DNA from: Pristiophorus japonicus
Taxonomy: Eukaryota
DNA: 64,000 bases
NCBI RefSeq assembly: GCF_044704955.1
Contig: NC_091983.1
Span: 22,754,001-22,818,000, forward strand
Reading direction: 5' to 3'
Part shown: positions 1 through 11,293 of the stretch, piece after piece
Position numbering within the stretch: the first letter of the stretch is position 1
Layout: each line of letters starts with the position of its first letter
Notes under the pieces: generated by a model
Told to the model about the DNA's origin: nothing
The model's input: only the letters and a program-made list of their open reading frames with translations
Databases searched by the model: none
Made by a program: the position numbers and the translations under genes

Positions 1-354
1 GGCAGAGAGGTTGTTTCCATTGGTAGGGGAGACTAGAACTAGAGGGCCCAGCCTCAAAATACGGAGGAGCCAATTTAAAACTGAGTTGAGAAAGAATTTC
101 TTCTCCCAGAGGGTTGTGAATCTGTGGAATTCTCTGCCCAAGGAAGCAGTTGAGGCTAGCTCATTGAATGTATTCAAGTCACAGATAGATAGATTTTTAA
201 CCAATAAGGGAATTAAGGGTTACGGGGAGCGGGCGGGTAAGTGGAGCTGAGTCCACGACCAGATCAGCCATGATCTTATTGAATGGCGGAGCAGGCTCGA
301 GGGGCTAAATGGCCTACTCCTGTTCCTAATTCTTATGTTCTTATGTTCTTATGT
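1..354 (+). mobile_element. CR1 LINE 3' end (ORF2 C-terminus, 3' UTR, (TTCTTATG)n tail)
   Basis: ORF 11-250 'TRTRGPSLKI...FFSQRVVNLWNSLP' is the CR1 ORF2 C-terminus; ends in ttcttatgttcttatgttcttatg. Confidence 0.93.
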
Positions 355-1099
355 ACTGACTCTGAACAGAGGTGAGAAGAAATATTTCAGCAAGCTTTGT
401 GTTAGTGAAGAATTTTTATCTCCAGTTACTAGTCTTGAATATGCTTAGTTGTCTAATGTTGAAGGGGTAACGTATAAGAACATATCTAGAGCATGCTAAA
501 TATAGTGCTACTGCTGCAATTAATTTTCTTTGGAAAAGCTTAAAAAAAGGCAGTTTTCAGGTAATAGGAGTTTAAAATAGAACCCACTCATTCATAAGAG
601 TTGATAGAAAACATGGGCCAGCATTCATCCTATCAAACTGGTTCATTCCACAAACCACATACAATTCACTCCATTGGCGCTCTACCTACTTAGTGCTTTG
701 AAGAAAAGTTCGACAGATCCTGTCTCCCTAAAGGTAAATCAAGCAGAATGTCTAATATTTATCTAACCTTGCACCTTACATTATTCAGGCCAGACTGTAC
801 ACTTTCATGCCATTAGAATTCCAAGGGGCCAGCAGCTCAGGAATCATCTTGTTTCACCTGATATCCTTCATCAGTATCTGTACTTACCCTTAAATCCTCA
901 ATCCCATGCCTCTGAGCAGCATTTTTTTTTCCAAATTTTCACTTCTATACTTTTCCCCTCCCGACACTCCGGGATGTATCGCCTCTTGCAATGAGCCACA
1001 GATGTTGTGGATAACGGGCGATTGATCCGACACTGCCCGTTGTGCGCCAACGCCCGAGACAAATTTCCAGTCTGTTCACCGCCCCGCTGGCCTCTATTA

Positions 1100-1300
1100 T
1101 GAATACATGATTGCCGCTGGTGAGTGCTGACAGGTGATGGACTGTAGGGCATCACCACAGCTGAGCTCAATCCGGACATCACCAGGAGTGCACACTTCCA
1201 GAAGAGTCCTGGGTTAAAATATTTTCTCCTTAGGCCAGGTCGGCTGAGGCCCATTGGAGTGCTTCGACTGCTACCCTGGATGAGATCAGTTAGCTCGACA
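1100..1300 (-). repeat. Degenerate SINE-like interspersed repeat, unclassified (related fragment at about 26970-27082)
   Basis: Reverse complement 'gagctaactgatctcatccagggtagcagtcgaagcactccaatgggcctcag' resembles a SINE body I recall from shark genomes; 'ggattgagctcagctgtggtgatgccc' parallels 'ggatcaggcctggctgt|gatgctc' at 27066/28461. Confidence 0.45.
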
Positions 1301-1424
1301 CCATCCAGCTCATTTTTAACAAGTGTTGGTCAAATACCTCTTCGAAAGAGTAGCTGTGTGGCGCCAATGTGCTCATCTGTTTATTGTTGACTGTTTGCAA
1401 CCTTGCCATTCTATTTATTAAGTT

Positions 1425-2135
1425 TGTTTTGGGATGTGGGCATCGTTGGCAAGGCCAGCCTTGAATAGGTGGTGAACCGCTGCAGCCTGGATGGTGAAGG
1501 TACTTCCACAGTGCTGTTAGCGAGGGAGTTCCAGGATTTTGACCCAGCGACGACGAAGGAACGGCGATATATTTCCAAGTCAGGATGGTGTGTGATTTGG
1601 AGAGGAGAACTTGCAGGTGATTGTGTTCCCATGTGCCTGCTGCCTTTGTCCTTCTATGTGGTAGAGGTCGCCGGTTTGGGAGATGCTGCCGAAGAAGCCG
1701 TAGCGAGTTGCTGCAGCGCATCTTGTAGATGGTACACACTGCAGCCACGATGCGCTAGCGTTGGAGGGAGTGAATGTTTAAGGTGGAAGGTGTGGAGCCG
1801 ATCAAACGGATGGTGTCGAGCTTCTTGAATGTTGTTCAAGCTGCAGTCATCCAGGTATACCATCACACTCCTGACTTGTGCCTTGTAGATGGTGGAAAGG
1901 CTTTGGGGGAGTCAGAAGGTGAGTCACTCGCCGCAGAGTTTATATGGCTGGTTCAGTTATGTTTCTGGTCAATGGATGTTGGTGGTGGGGGATTCGGCGA
2001 TGGTAATGCCGTTGATTATCAAGGGGAGGTGGTCAGACCCTCACTTGTTGGAAATGGTCCTTGCCTGGCACTTGTGTGGCACGAATGTTACTTACCACTT
2101 ATCAACCCAAACCTGAATGTTGTCCAGGTCTTGCT
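1425..2135 (-). mobile_element. CR1/L2-group (Daphne/Crack-like) LINE 3' fragment, degraded
   Basis: Minus-strand 'YRRSFVVAGSKSWNSL' C-terminal motif; homologous to 31420-31745 and 52625-54420. Confidence 0.8.
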
Positions 2136-2292
2136 GCGTTTTGATTCTGAGCTGAGCTTCTGACCCCAAATGGAGAGAGATTAAAAAATGTTGCAGTACA
2201 GAGGGACCTGGGATCCTTGTACATTACCTTTACCATTACCATTATCAAGTGATTATCCAGTCATCAGTATCTGTACTTACCAAGTGATTATC

Positions 2293-2570
2293 TGTCTCCG
2301 CTCCTGCCTCAGCTACTCTGCTGCTGATACCCTCATCCACACCTTTATTACTTTGACTATTCCAATGCTCTCCTGAGCAGCATCCCACTTTCCACCCTCC
2401 GTAAACCTGAGCTCATTCTGAACTCTGCTGCCCATATCCTAACTCGCACCCAAGTCTTGTTCACCTGTCACCCCTGTGCTCGCCGACCTACATTGGCATC
2501 GGGTCTGGCAACACCTTGAATATAAAACTTTCATCCTTGTTTTCAAATCCCTCCCTGGGCTCGCCCTCCC
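2293..2570 (+). mobile_element. L2 LINE RT C-terminal fragment
   Basis: Translates to 'AADTLIHTFIT..DYSNALL...NSAAHILTRT...PVLADLHW..V...LEYKTFILVFKSLPGLA'. Confidence 0.8.
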
Positions 2571-3351
2571 GCCCCCCTTCTTATCTCTGTCACTGCCTCC
2601 ATGCACTGTGCCCGCACCCCCTCAGTGTACCAGGTCTCGAGAAGCTGAGCCAGCGATCTATAAAGGGACGGCTGGAGGCCGCTCCGGAAAACTGGATTGC
2701 TGCTCCTAGGTCCACCAAAACACTCCGGCTCAGTGGCACAACTTTCAAGACCCCCACCCCCCCCCCCCCACCCTAAGGTTCACCTTACACCCCCTTACCC
2801 CAGGCCCGAACTACCAGCCAGTTCAACATGGGAGTCGGCCGACTGCCCACCATCTCGCCACCGGCTCGCTGCAGCGGATCACCCATTCGCCGCCCACAAC
2901 TCACCCAGTGGTGTTTAATCGCAGCCTGAACCCACGTTTAGATCGGGGCCTCGTATTGGTGCGGGCAGAGCGCCCTCCCCGCCGACTTGGCGGCCATTTT
3001 GGGCCGAGGTCCCATTTTTCGGCCTGTCATTCCTTTCTTGCGGACCCGCTTTCTGTTTCCGACATTTCGTCTCTGTTCTAAAGTCACAACAACCTTTCTG
3101 CTCATCTGCAGATTCGTCGATTTTTATAACTTCAGAAAACAAATGATGAGCAATGCTCTGAACTAAAGCTGCCAGCAGCTTCACTGCTCTGAACCCAGGC
3201 CAAGTAATGTACCTGCTTAAAATGAACAAATACATTTTCTGAGTTGCATCTGCACATCACTGTATGAACTATGCGTTTGATGTTCATAACTTGGGAGAAT
3301 TGGCAAGGGACGTTGGGTAACATCGCCCACTGTTAGTCTTAAAATAGGAAA

Positions 3352-4790
3352 GTCTTGTGTTTATACTGCGTTTTTCTTGACCTCAGAACATCCCAAAGCG
3401 CTTCACAGCTGATGAAGTACTTTAGTACTTTATAAACTGTTGTAATGTAGGAAATGCAGCAACAAATCTGCACACATCAAGGTTCCACAAAAAGCAATGA
3501 GATTAATGACCAGGTGATAGAAACATAGAAACATAGAAAATAGTAGGAGTAGGCCATTCGGCCCTTCTAGCCTGCAACGCCATTCAATGAGTTCATGGCT
3601 GAACATGAAACTTCAGTACCCCATTCCTGCTTTCTCACCATACCCCTTGATTCCCCTAGTAGTAAGGACTTCATCTAACTCCTTTTTGAATATATTTAGT
3701 GAATTGGCCTCAACAACTTTCTGTGGTAGAGAATTCCACAGGTTCACCACTCTCTGGGTGAAGAAATTCCTCCTCATCTCGGTCCTAAATGGCTTCCCCC
3801 TTATCCTTAGACTGTGTCCCCTGGCTCTGGACTTCCCCAACATTGGGAACATTCTTCCTGCATCTAACCTGTCTAACCCCGTCAGAATTTTAAACGTTTC
3901 TATGAGGTCCCCTCTCATTCTTCTGAACTCCAGTGAATACAAGCCCAGTTGATCCAGTCTTTCTTGATAGGTCAGTCCCGCCATCCCGGGAATCAGTCTG
4001 GTGAACCTTCGCTGCACTCCCTCAATAGCAAGAATGTCCTTCCTCAGGTTAGGAGACCAAAACTGTACACAATACTCCAGGTGTGGCCTCACCAAGGCCC
4101 TGTACAATTGTAGCAACACCTCCCTGCCCCTGTACTCAAATCCCCTCGCTATGAAGGCCAACATGCCATTTGCTTTCTTAACCGCCTGCTGTACCTGCAT
4201 GCCAACCTTCAATGACTGATGTACCATGACACCCAGGTCTCTTTGCACCTCCCCTTTTCCTAATCTGTCACCATTCAGATAATAGTCTGTCTCTCTGTTT
4301 TTACCACCAAAGTGGATAACCTCACATTTATCCACATTATACTTCATCTGCCATGCATTTGCCCACTCACCTAACCTATCCAAGTCGCTCTGCAGCCTCA
4401 TAGCATCCTCCTCGCAGCTCACACTGCCACCCAACTTAGTGTCATCCCCAAATTTGGAGATACTACATTTAATCCCCTCGTCTAAATCATTAATATACAG
4501 TGTAAACAGCTGGGGCCCCAGCACAGAACCTTGCGGTACCCCACTAGTCACTGCCTGCCATTCTGAAAAGTCCCCATTTACTCCTACTCTTTGTTAGTGA
4601 TCTTGGTTGAGGGATTGTCCAGGACACTGGGAGCTATACCCTGGTCTTCATCCAATAGTGCCATGGAGTATTTTACTTCCACCTGAGAGTGTAGACAGGG
4701 CCTCAGTTTTGTGTTTTTTCTGGAAGATGGCACCTCCAACACTGCAGCACTCCCGCAATACTGCACTGAAATTTTAGCCTGACACCTAAA
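3352..4790 (-). mobile_element. Deu-domain tRNA-derived SINE (SacSINE1-like), split by a CR1 insertion (SINE parts 3352-3518 and 4593-4790)
   Basis: Both parts align to the near-complete copy at 29404-29855 and are contiguous across the CR1. Confidence 0.75.
3519..4592 (-). mobile_element. CR1 LINE, 5'-truncated, with a 312-aa open RT C-terminal region
   Basis: ORF 3613-4551 'SGVPQGSVLGPQLFTLYINDL...KFGDDTKL...[15 protein letters not shown]'; (tagaaaca)n reverse tail at 3519-3540. Confidence 0.95.
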
Positions 4791-5389
4791 GATGCCTGAA
4801 AGCTAGTAAAGGAATAATATTGTCTTATATAACAGTAAGGAGTAAAACTGGAGGGATAGAGGTACCTTGTGAAAGGTAAGTTTTTGCAAGGCAAGGAATA
4901 AACTCATCACTTCTATCACAACCTCTTAACTGGTAGTGTCTGTGAAATAAAACATAGGCCGTGAAATTCGTTTCCTTTACACCGGCAGTTATGGCCACTT
5001 TTTAAAAAGAATGGCATCCGCCTTGCTTGCACCATGTTTGGCGTGGCCCTCGCTGTCCGCCATCTTGGCGAGGGCGATCGCGCAGACGGTGCGTGCGTGC
5101 ACCAGCACTATGCAGTTGGCAGGTCGCGACGTCACGCTGACATGATGCACGAGCTGCCATTTTCGGCATCGCTGCCCTCTCCTAAACATGCACAGCTGAA
5201 CGTGGGTTAAGCTGCACGAGGGACCGCGCCCCCGCCCCCCCAACCAGCGCTACTTAAAGCGATCCATCCAATTTGCAGGTTAGTTGATTATTGTTTCCAT
5301 TCTGCCTCTTGCAGAGTTTGTAGGATTGCTGGGTTGCGGGGAGGAGATTTATAAAGTTGGTAACGTGTGCAGGGAGTGCTGCTGGATGC

Positions 5390-6474
5390 TGGGAAGGCAT
5401 TGGCTCCACCACTTGCTACCAGTCCTGCGGGCTGTAGTTACCGTCCTCCTCGTGCTGCGGCAATGGAGCACAGGCAGCAAAGTCACGCTGCTCACACAGG
5501 GAGGAGGAAGAGAGGAGGAGGGCCCACAGCAGGAGGCCTTCCCCACCTAGAGTCTTCAGGGAGCGCTTCTTCTACCTGCACCTAAGGCAGGAGCAATGTG
5601 TTCGGCGGCTCCGCTTCGCCAAGTATGTGGTCACAGAACTCTGCTACCTCTTGGAACCAGACCTGCAGCCTCAAACCAGGGCCACGACATCTCTGCCAGT
5701 GGCTCTCAAGGTGACCGTGGCCCTGAATATTTTCGCCAGCGGATCCTTCTCAGCTGCAACACACGACATAGCAAACACCTCGCAGTGCGCCATCCATTGC
5801 TGCACTCAAGAGGTCACAGAGGCTCTGTACACGTGGAGAAGGGGCTTCCTTGTCTGCTCTCTAAACAGAGAGAAGCAGGAGGAACAAGCACAGGGCTTTG
5901 CCCGGATATCGGGCTTCCCCATGGTGCAAGGTGCCATCGACTGCACACACGTGGCTTTGTGGGTGCCGCAACTCAATGGTGAGATGTTCCCAACTGCAGA
6001 GGGCACTACTCACTGAATGGGTAGTTGGGGGTGTGACCACGCCCAGCACATCACAATGGTGAATGCCCACTATCCTGGCAGCAGTCATGATTCCTTCATC
6101 CTGCACCAGCACTGTGCCAGCAATCTTCCCGCCACCACGTCCAACCCGAGGGTGGCTGCTCGCCGACAAGGGCTATCTGCTCCCTACCTAGCTGATGACT
6201 CCCCTCCGCAACCCCACCAATCCTGGCCAGCACTCGTATAATGAGAGCCATGCTGCCATCAGAAACACCATCGAGCAGCCCATCGGGGTTCCGCTGCCTT
6301 GACCGCTCGGGAGGAGCCCTCCAGTACTCGGTAGAACGGGTGCCCCATTTTGCTGTAGTCTGCTGCGTACTCCACAACTTGGCCATCATGAGGGCACAGC
6401 CCTTGCCACCAGGAGTTCTGCGACCAGCTCAGGAGGAGGGGACAGTAGTGGAAGTACAAAGGCTGTCGTCCTGA
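5390..6474 (+). pseudogene. HARBI1-like DDE transposase, frameshifted
   Basis: 'LPVALKVTVALNIFASGSF', 'GFPMVQGAIDCTHV', 'YPGSSHDSFIL', 'WLLADKGY', 'FRCLDRSGGALQY..VCCVLHN'. Confidence 0.92.
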
Positions 6475-6489
6475 GAGAGGACAACAGGT

Positions 6490-7377
6490 TTATGCTCCAT
6501 GGAGCCACTGCCATTCCTGGCGTCTCAGCAATCCTAGTAATCTGTTGGAGGGCAGATTGTTGGACTGCTGTGATGCCCTGCAAGCCGCTTTCCGCACTGG
6601 GAAACGCATGATGGCAGCAGTGTGAGCTTGTGCGGCAGCAAGCTCAGACCTTGGGTGGCTTCTGCTTGTGCTGCAATGGAAGCTGAGACATCGTCCATCA
6701 GACCCTGCATCAAGTTTGGGTCCAGTGCTCTGATCGAGTTGCCCATCACTTCCATCCTGGAAATCATGGGCTCCAAGCTCTGCGCAAAGCCCTGTGCAAG
6801 ATTGGTGCCGGGCTCCTCCATGCTCATTGACAGTGACAACAGACTCTCTGGCAGGCCTGCCAATGCACCAAGCATTTCGGTGTGCACGCCCATCACCCTT
6901 CTTCTGAAGGCCAACCCCTTCGAAGTCCTCATCTGAGTCCTCTGCAGCAGAACTCGCCCTCCAGGGAGCTGGCACCTGCGCTGCCCTTTCCCCCTGCAGG
7001 CCTCTCATGCCCAGTGATCTCCACATGCAGTTCCGGCCTCTGTACTACCCTCTAAAGTACTCACAGTACCAGTTTCTGAGCTGGTGTCTGCGAGTGTCAG
7101 ATCACGTGATGAGTGAAGGTGAATCTTCTCCATCACTCTCCTCTTGCTCTTCTTGCTCTGGCTGAGAAGCTTGGAGTTCTTGGATATCTGAAAGGGAAAA
7201 GGAGGATTAGGTATGAGAATTCCGTCTTCTAAAATAGTTTCAGCCTCGCCAATTAGCCTCAGTGACGGCCCCTCCAATATTGTTAAGCACCAATTCCTCA
7301 GCTGAGTCAGGATATGCAGTCGTACCTGATTGCTGCTGGTTAGTTGCTGCTCTCTCCTGCTTTGCGCCACCTTGCCC
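6490..7377 (-). pseudogene. Harbinger Myb/SANT-partner gene, downstream exons, degraded
   Basis: Acceptor 'ctctcttgcag|GGCAAGGTGGCG' gives GKVAQSRREQQLT, paralleling exon 2 of element B; coiled-coil-like ORF 6534-6932. Confidence 0.7.
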
Positions 7378-7689
7378 TGCAAGAGAGAGGGAAGTATGTC
7401 AGTGAGTGTGGTGCAATGTGTTCGGGTGCTGTGCCATGTCATGGCTGAAAAGCTGGCAATGTGTGCCAACTATGAGATGTGGGCGTAAGGCTTGCAGCAG
7501 TGGTAAGTGTGTGAGGGTGAGGCAAAGCCATGAATGTGAGGTATGAGTGGTGTTTGGTCGTGATTGTTGATAGGTGAGTGATGGGGGTTGTGGTGCATTG
7601 AGCAGCACGTGAGGCTGGTGGGGCAGTGGTAGCACTCATGCCTTTGAGTTGGAAAGTTGTTGGTTGAAGCCCCTGCGCACCTAATCCAG

Positions 7690-7985
7690 GCTGACACTGA
7701 GGGAGTGCTGCAGTGTTGAAGGTGCTGGTTTTAAGATGTTCAACTACAGCCCCTGCCTGCTCAAGTGGAAGTAGAAAATCCCAGGGTACTTTTGCAAAGA
7801 AAAGCAGAGATTTCTCTTGGTATCCTGGGCAATATTCTTCTGACTAATATCAGGGGGAAAAAAAGATTTACTGGCCATTTATATCACTGCTGTTTGGTTG
7901 ATCTTGCCACGTGCAAATTGGCTGTTGTGTTTGCCTACAAAACAATGACTGCACCTGAAAAGTAATTTGTTGCTTGTGAAAACAA
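7690..7985 (+). mobile_element. Deu-domain SINE, degenerate
   Basis: 'gctgacactgagggagtgctgcagtgttgaaggtgc...tcctgggcaatatt' aligns to 29404-29855. Confidence 0.7.
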
Positions 7986-7989
7986 CATC

Positions 7990-8135
7990 TGGCACTTATA
8001 TATAATGCCTTTAATGCGAAGAATGTCCCAAAGCGGGGCACAGGCAAGAATAAGAAAACAAACACCAAGCCAGGATGGGCAACGTTAGGAGTGGTGATCA
8101 AAGGCTTGATAGAAAAGATTGAGGTGTCCGAAGAA
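7990..8135 (-). mobile_element. L2 LINE 3' tail fragment
   Basis: Homologous to 49300-49545 ('aatgtcccaa...ggtgatcaaa..cttg'). Confidence 0.55.
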
Positions 8136-8212
8136 TATGAAAGGCACTGGGTTAGTACAAATGTATTAAGTTTTCAGTAATGTAGTGGTAATGTAATGTA
8201 ATATAATACCTG

Positions 8213-8855
8213 CCCCCCCTATATGGCTCAAAGACGTGGACCATGTACAGTAAACACCTCAAGTCGCTGGAAAAATACCACCAGCGATGTCTCTGCAAGA
8301 TCCTGCAAATCCCCTGGGAGGTCAGATGCACAAACATTAGTGTCCTCGTCCAGGTCAACATCCCCAGCATTGAAGCACTGACCACACTTGATCAGCTCCG
8401 CCGGGCAGGCCACATAGTTCGCACGCCAGACACGAGACTCCCAAAGCAAGCGCTTACTTGGAACTCGTCCACGGAAAACGAACCAAAGGCGGGCAGAGGA
8501 AACATTATAAGGACACCCTAAAAGCCTCCCTGATAAAGTGCGACATGCCCACTGACACCTGGGAGTCCTTGGCCATAGACCGCCCTAAGTGGAGGAAGTG
8601 CATCCGGGAGGGCGTTGAGCTCCTCGAGTATTGTCGCCGAGAGCATGCAGAAATCAAGCGCAGGCAGCGGAAGGAGCGTGCGGCAACCCAGGCTCCCTGT
8701 CCACCCTTTCCCTCAACGACTACTTGTCCCACCTGTGACAGAAACTGTGGTTCTCGTATTGGACTGTACAGCCACCTAAGAACTCATGCTAAGAGTGGAA
8801 GCAAGTCTTCCTCGATCCTGAGGGACTGCTCATCATGATGATGATGATGGTGATG
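8213..8855 (+). mobile_element. RTE-clade (BovB-like) LINE 3' fragment with (ATG)n tail
   Basis: 'LYGSKTWTMYSKHLKSLEKYHQRCL..IL.IPW', 'GHIVR.PD.RLPK', C-terminal 'CPTCDRNCGSRIGLYSHLRTH'; (atg)n tail. Confidence 0.92.
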
Positions 8856-9147
8856 ATGGTTATATTCCGGACTACCAATCTGGAAATAAATAAATAGCTG
8901 GTATCAGTACAAATGACCCACAACGCTGTTGTAAAAACCCACTTGGTTCACTCTGTTTCCTCTGGGGAAGGAAACTTGTTGTCCTGACCCGTTCTGGCCA
9001 AAACGTGACTCCAATCTCACACCAATGTGGTTGACTCTTAACTGCCCTCTGAAGATGCTGAGCAAATCTCTCGATTCTATCCTAGGGATGGGCAAAAAAT
9101 ACCTGGCTTGCCAGCAATGCTGATATTCTGCGAATTAATTAAAAAAA
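8856..9147 (+). mobile_element. Bipartite SINE: tRNA-like head/5' region of the Daphne-like LINE fused to that LINE's 3' tail
   Basis: Body matches reverse complement of 55040-55260; tail 'tagggatgggcaaaaaatacctggcttgccagcaatgc' matches LINE tails at 1430-1460 and 52640-52690. Confidence 0.7.
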
Positions 9148-9959
9148 TATATATATGTTAATACCTCTTATTTGCAATTCCAGGTAGAGGAATTTTCCGC
9201 AAACATAGTAACCTGCTTCTGACAAATGTCACACAGCATGATTTTCACCCAGTGTGTGTTTTTAGTACAGCTATATTTATAAGAAACTGAAAAATAGCCT
9301 GAGAAAGTGGATGAATCCCCAAGCTTTTGCCTTGTGGGCATCCTCTGGAGAGAAAGAGAGAATATGTATTGTCTCCAATTCCCACAGGAATGCCAGCAGC
9401 CAAGGACAAAGCTCAGGGTATTATTCATTTAATCTAATTCCATGTTGAATCTCCATGTACGTGCAGTCTCTTTGTTTGGTAAGCTTGTTAGTGATAGAGA
9501 TATTGTAATGATCTAGCTGGTCTGTGGAATGATGCCTTTAAATTGACGGGGAGGAGAGGTGTGTGACAGGCATTTTGATTGTATGTTTACCGCTCAGTAC
9601 TTCCTTGTTTTTTTAATGGCTGTGAGGTACTAGGGTTTAACATCTGAAAATGGCAGTGTGAAAAGGTGAAGTGGAAGGCCTGTTTTCTGTGATTGAGGTC
9701 GAGACCTGAGATTTGTGCTTATAACGAGGAAAAATGAATCATGTGTCCAGAAAGTATTAAATGGTACCAAAGCACAAATACAATAATGTTAAACAAGATT
9801 GGATTTAATGATGGTTATGTCACACTGCTGATCGCCATGTCACCCTGGCTCAGTTGGTAGCACTATCACCCCTGAGTCAGAAGATTGGGATTCAATACCA
9901 CAGGCTTGGACTGGAGTGCAAAACACATGAACATACGAACAATGACGGACAGGTAAAGA

Positions 9960-10945
9960 AAGAAAGTCTTACATTTAGATTGCGTCTTTCACGACCACCA
10001 GATGTCTCAAAGTGTTTTACAGCCAATAAGAACATAAGAAACAGGAGCAGGAGTAGGCCATACGGCCCCTTGAGTCTGCTCCGCCATTCAATAAGATCAT
10101 GGCTGATCCGATCATGGACTCAGCTCCACTTCCCCGCCCGCTCCCCAAAACCCGTTATCGTTTAAGAAACTGTCTATTTCTGTCTTAAATTTATTCAATG
10201 TCCCAGCTTCCACAGCTCTCTGAGGCAGCAAATTCCACAGATTTACAACCCTCTGAGAGAAGAAATTTCTCCTCATCTCTGTTTTAAATGGGCAGCCCCT
10301 TATTCGAAGATCATGCCCTCTAGTTCTAGTCTTCCCCATCAGTGGAAACATCCTCTCTGCATCCACCTTGTCAAGCCCCCTCATAATCTTATACGTTTCG
10401 ATAAGATCATCTCTCATTCTTCTGAACTCCAATGAGTAGAGGCCCAACCTACTCAACCTTTCCTCATAAGTCAACCCCCTCATCCCCGGGATCAACCTAG
10501 TGAACCTTCTCTGAACTGCCTCCAAAACAGAGCATATCCTTTCGGAAATATGGAAACAAAAACTGCACGCAGTATTCCAGGTGTGGCCTCAGCAATACCT
10601 TATATATCTGTAGCAAGAGCTGCATTGTTGTAACTGTTTCAAACTTCCACAAACAGCAATGATAAAGACCAGATAATCTGCTTTTGTCATGTTGATTGAG
10701 GGCTAAATATTGGCCAGGATACTAGTGAGAACTCCCCTGCTCTTCTTCGAAATAGTGCCAAGGGATCTTTTACGTCCACCTGAGAGGGCAGAAATCTCAT
10801 CTGAAATACGGCACCTCTGACAGTGTAGCACTCCCTCAGCACTGCACTGGAGTGTCAACCTAGATTTATGTGCTCAAATCCCTGGAGTGGGACTTGAACC
10901 CACAACCTTCTGACTCAGAGGCGAGTCCCACTGAACTACAGCTAA
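9960..10945 (-). mobile_element. Deu-domain tRNA SINE split by a CR1 fragment
   Basis: Reverse B-box 'gggacttgaaccc' near 10890; Deu core 'aatagtgccaagggatcttttacgtccacctgagagggcag'. Confidence 0.8.
10028..10615 (-). mobile_element. CR1 LINE 3' fragment
   Basis: ORF 10112-10525 '[23 protein letters not shown]...'; reverse tail 'taagaacataagaa'. Confidence 0.93.
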
Positions 10946-11053
10946 CATCTCTATTCCATTCAGTCTGTCCCACACAATTGTGATACCTTGTGTATCACAA
11001 TATTCACACTCTCCACCCCACCCGAAACCTTGCGATCTAGGAGTGGCAAAATA

Positions 11054-11257
11054 TGTTGCGTATGCAATAACTCAATAGGCTTAGTAGCATGAACTCAATC
11101 AGGTGTGACCTGACTCTACTTTCTTAGCTCTCAAAGTGAGGATTAAATATGGAGGCTTTCTTTATATACAAGGGCTGCACGTGTGTGTCTGTGGCCCAAT
11201 GACCTCCGACGGTTGCTTCCCCTGGTGGCAAGTAAACCCAGGTATATATACATTACA
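11054..11257 (-). repeat. 3' LTR of outer Gypsy
   Basis: Direct repeat of 19841-20044; adjacent to the polypurine tract. Confidence 0.93.
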
Positions 11258-11293
11258 TCATTCCCCCGCCCAAGACCTTGGTATCAGTCCTAT

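Larger units (their letters stand above)
4956..7690 (+). mobile_element. Harbinger/PIF DNA transposon A (left end, transposase, convergent Myb-partner gene; right end lost)
   Basis: Starts with TIR-like 'ggccgtgaaatt' and a CpG-rich subterminal region; contains HARBI1-like ORF fragments. Confidence 0.85.

Noticed and set aside
3613-4551. Functional 312-aa gene
   Set aside because: 5'-truncated CR1 RT with FGDD in place of FADD, no promoter and no N-terminus
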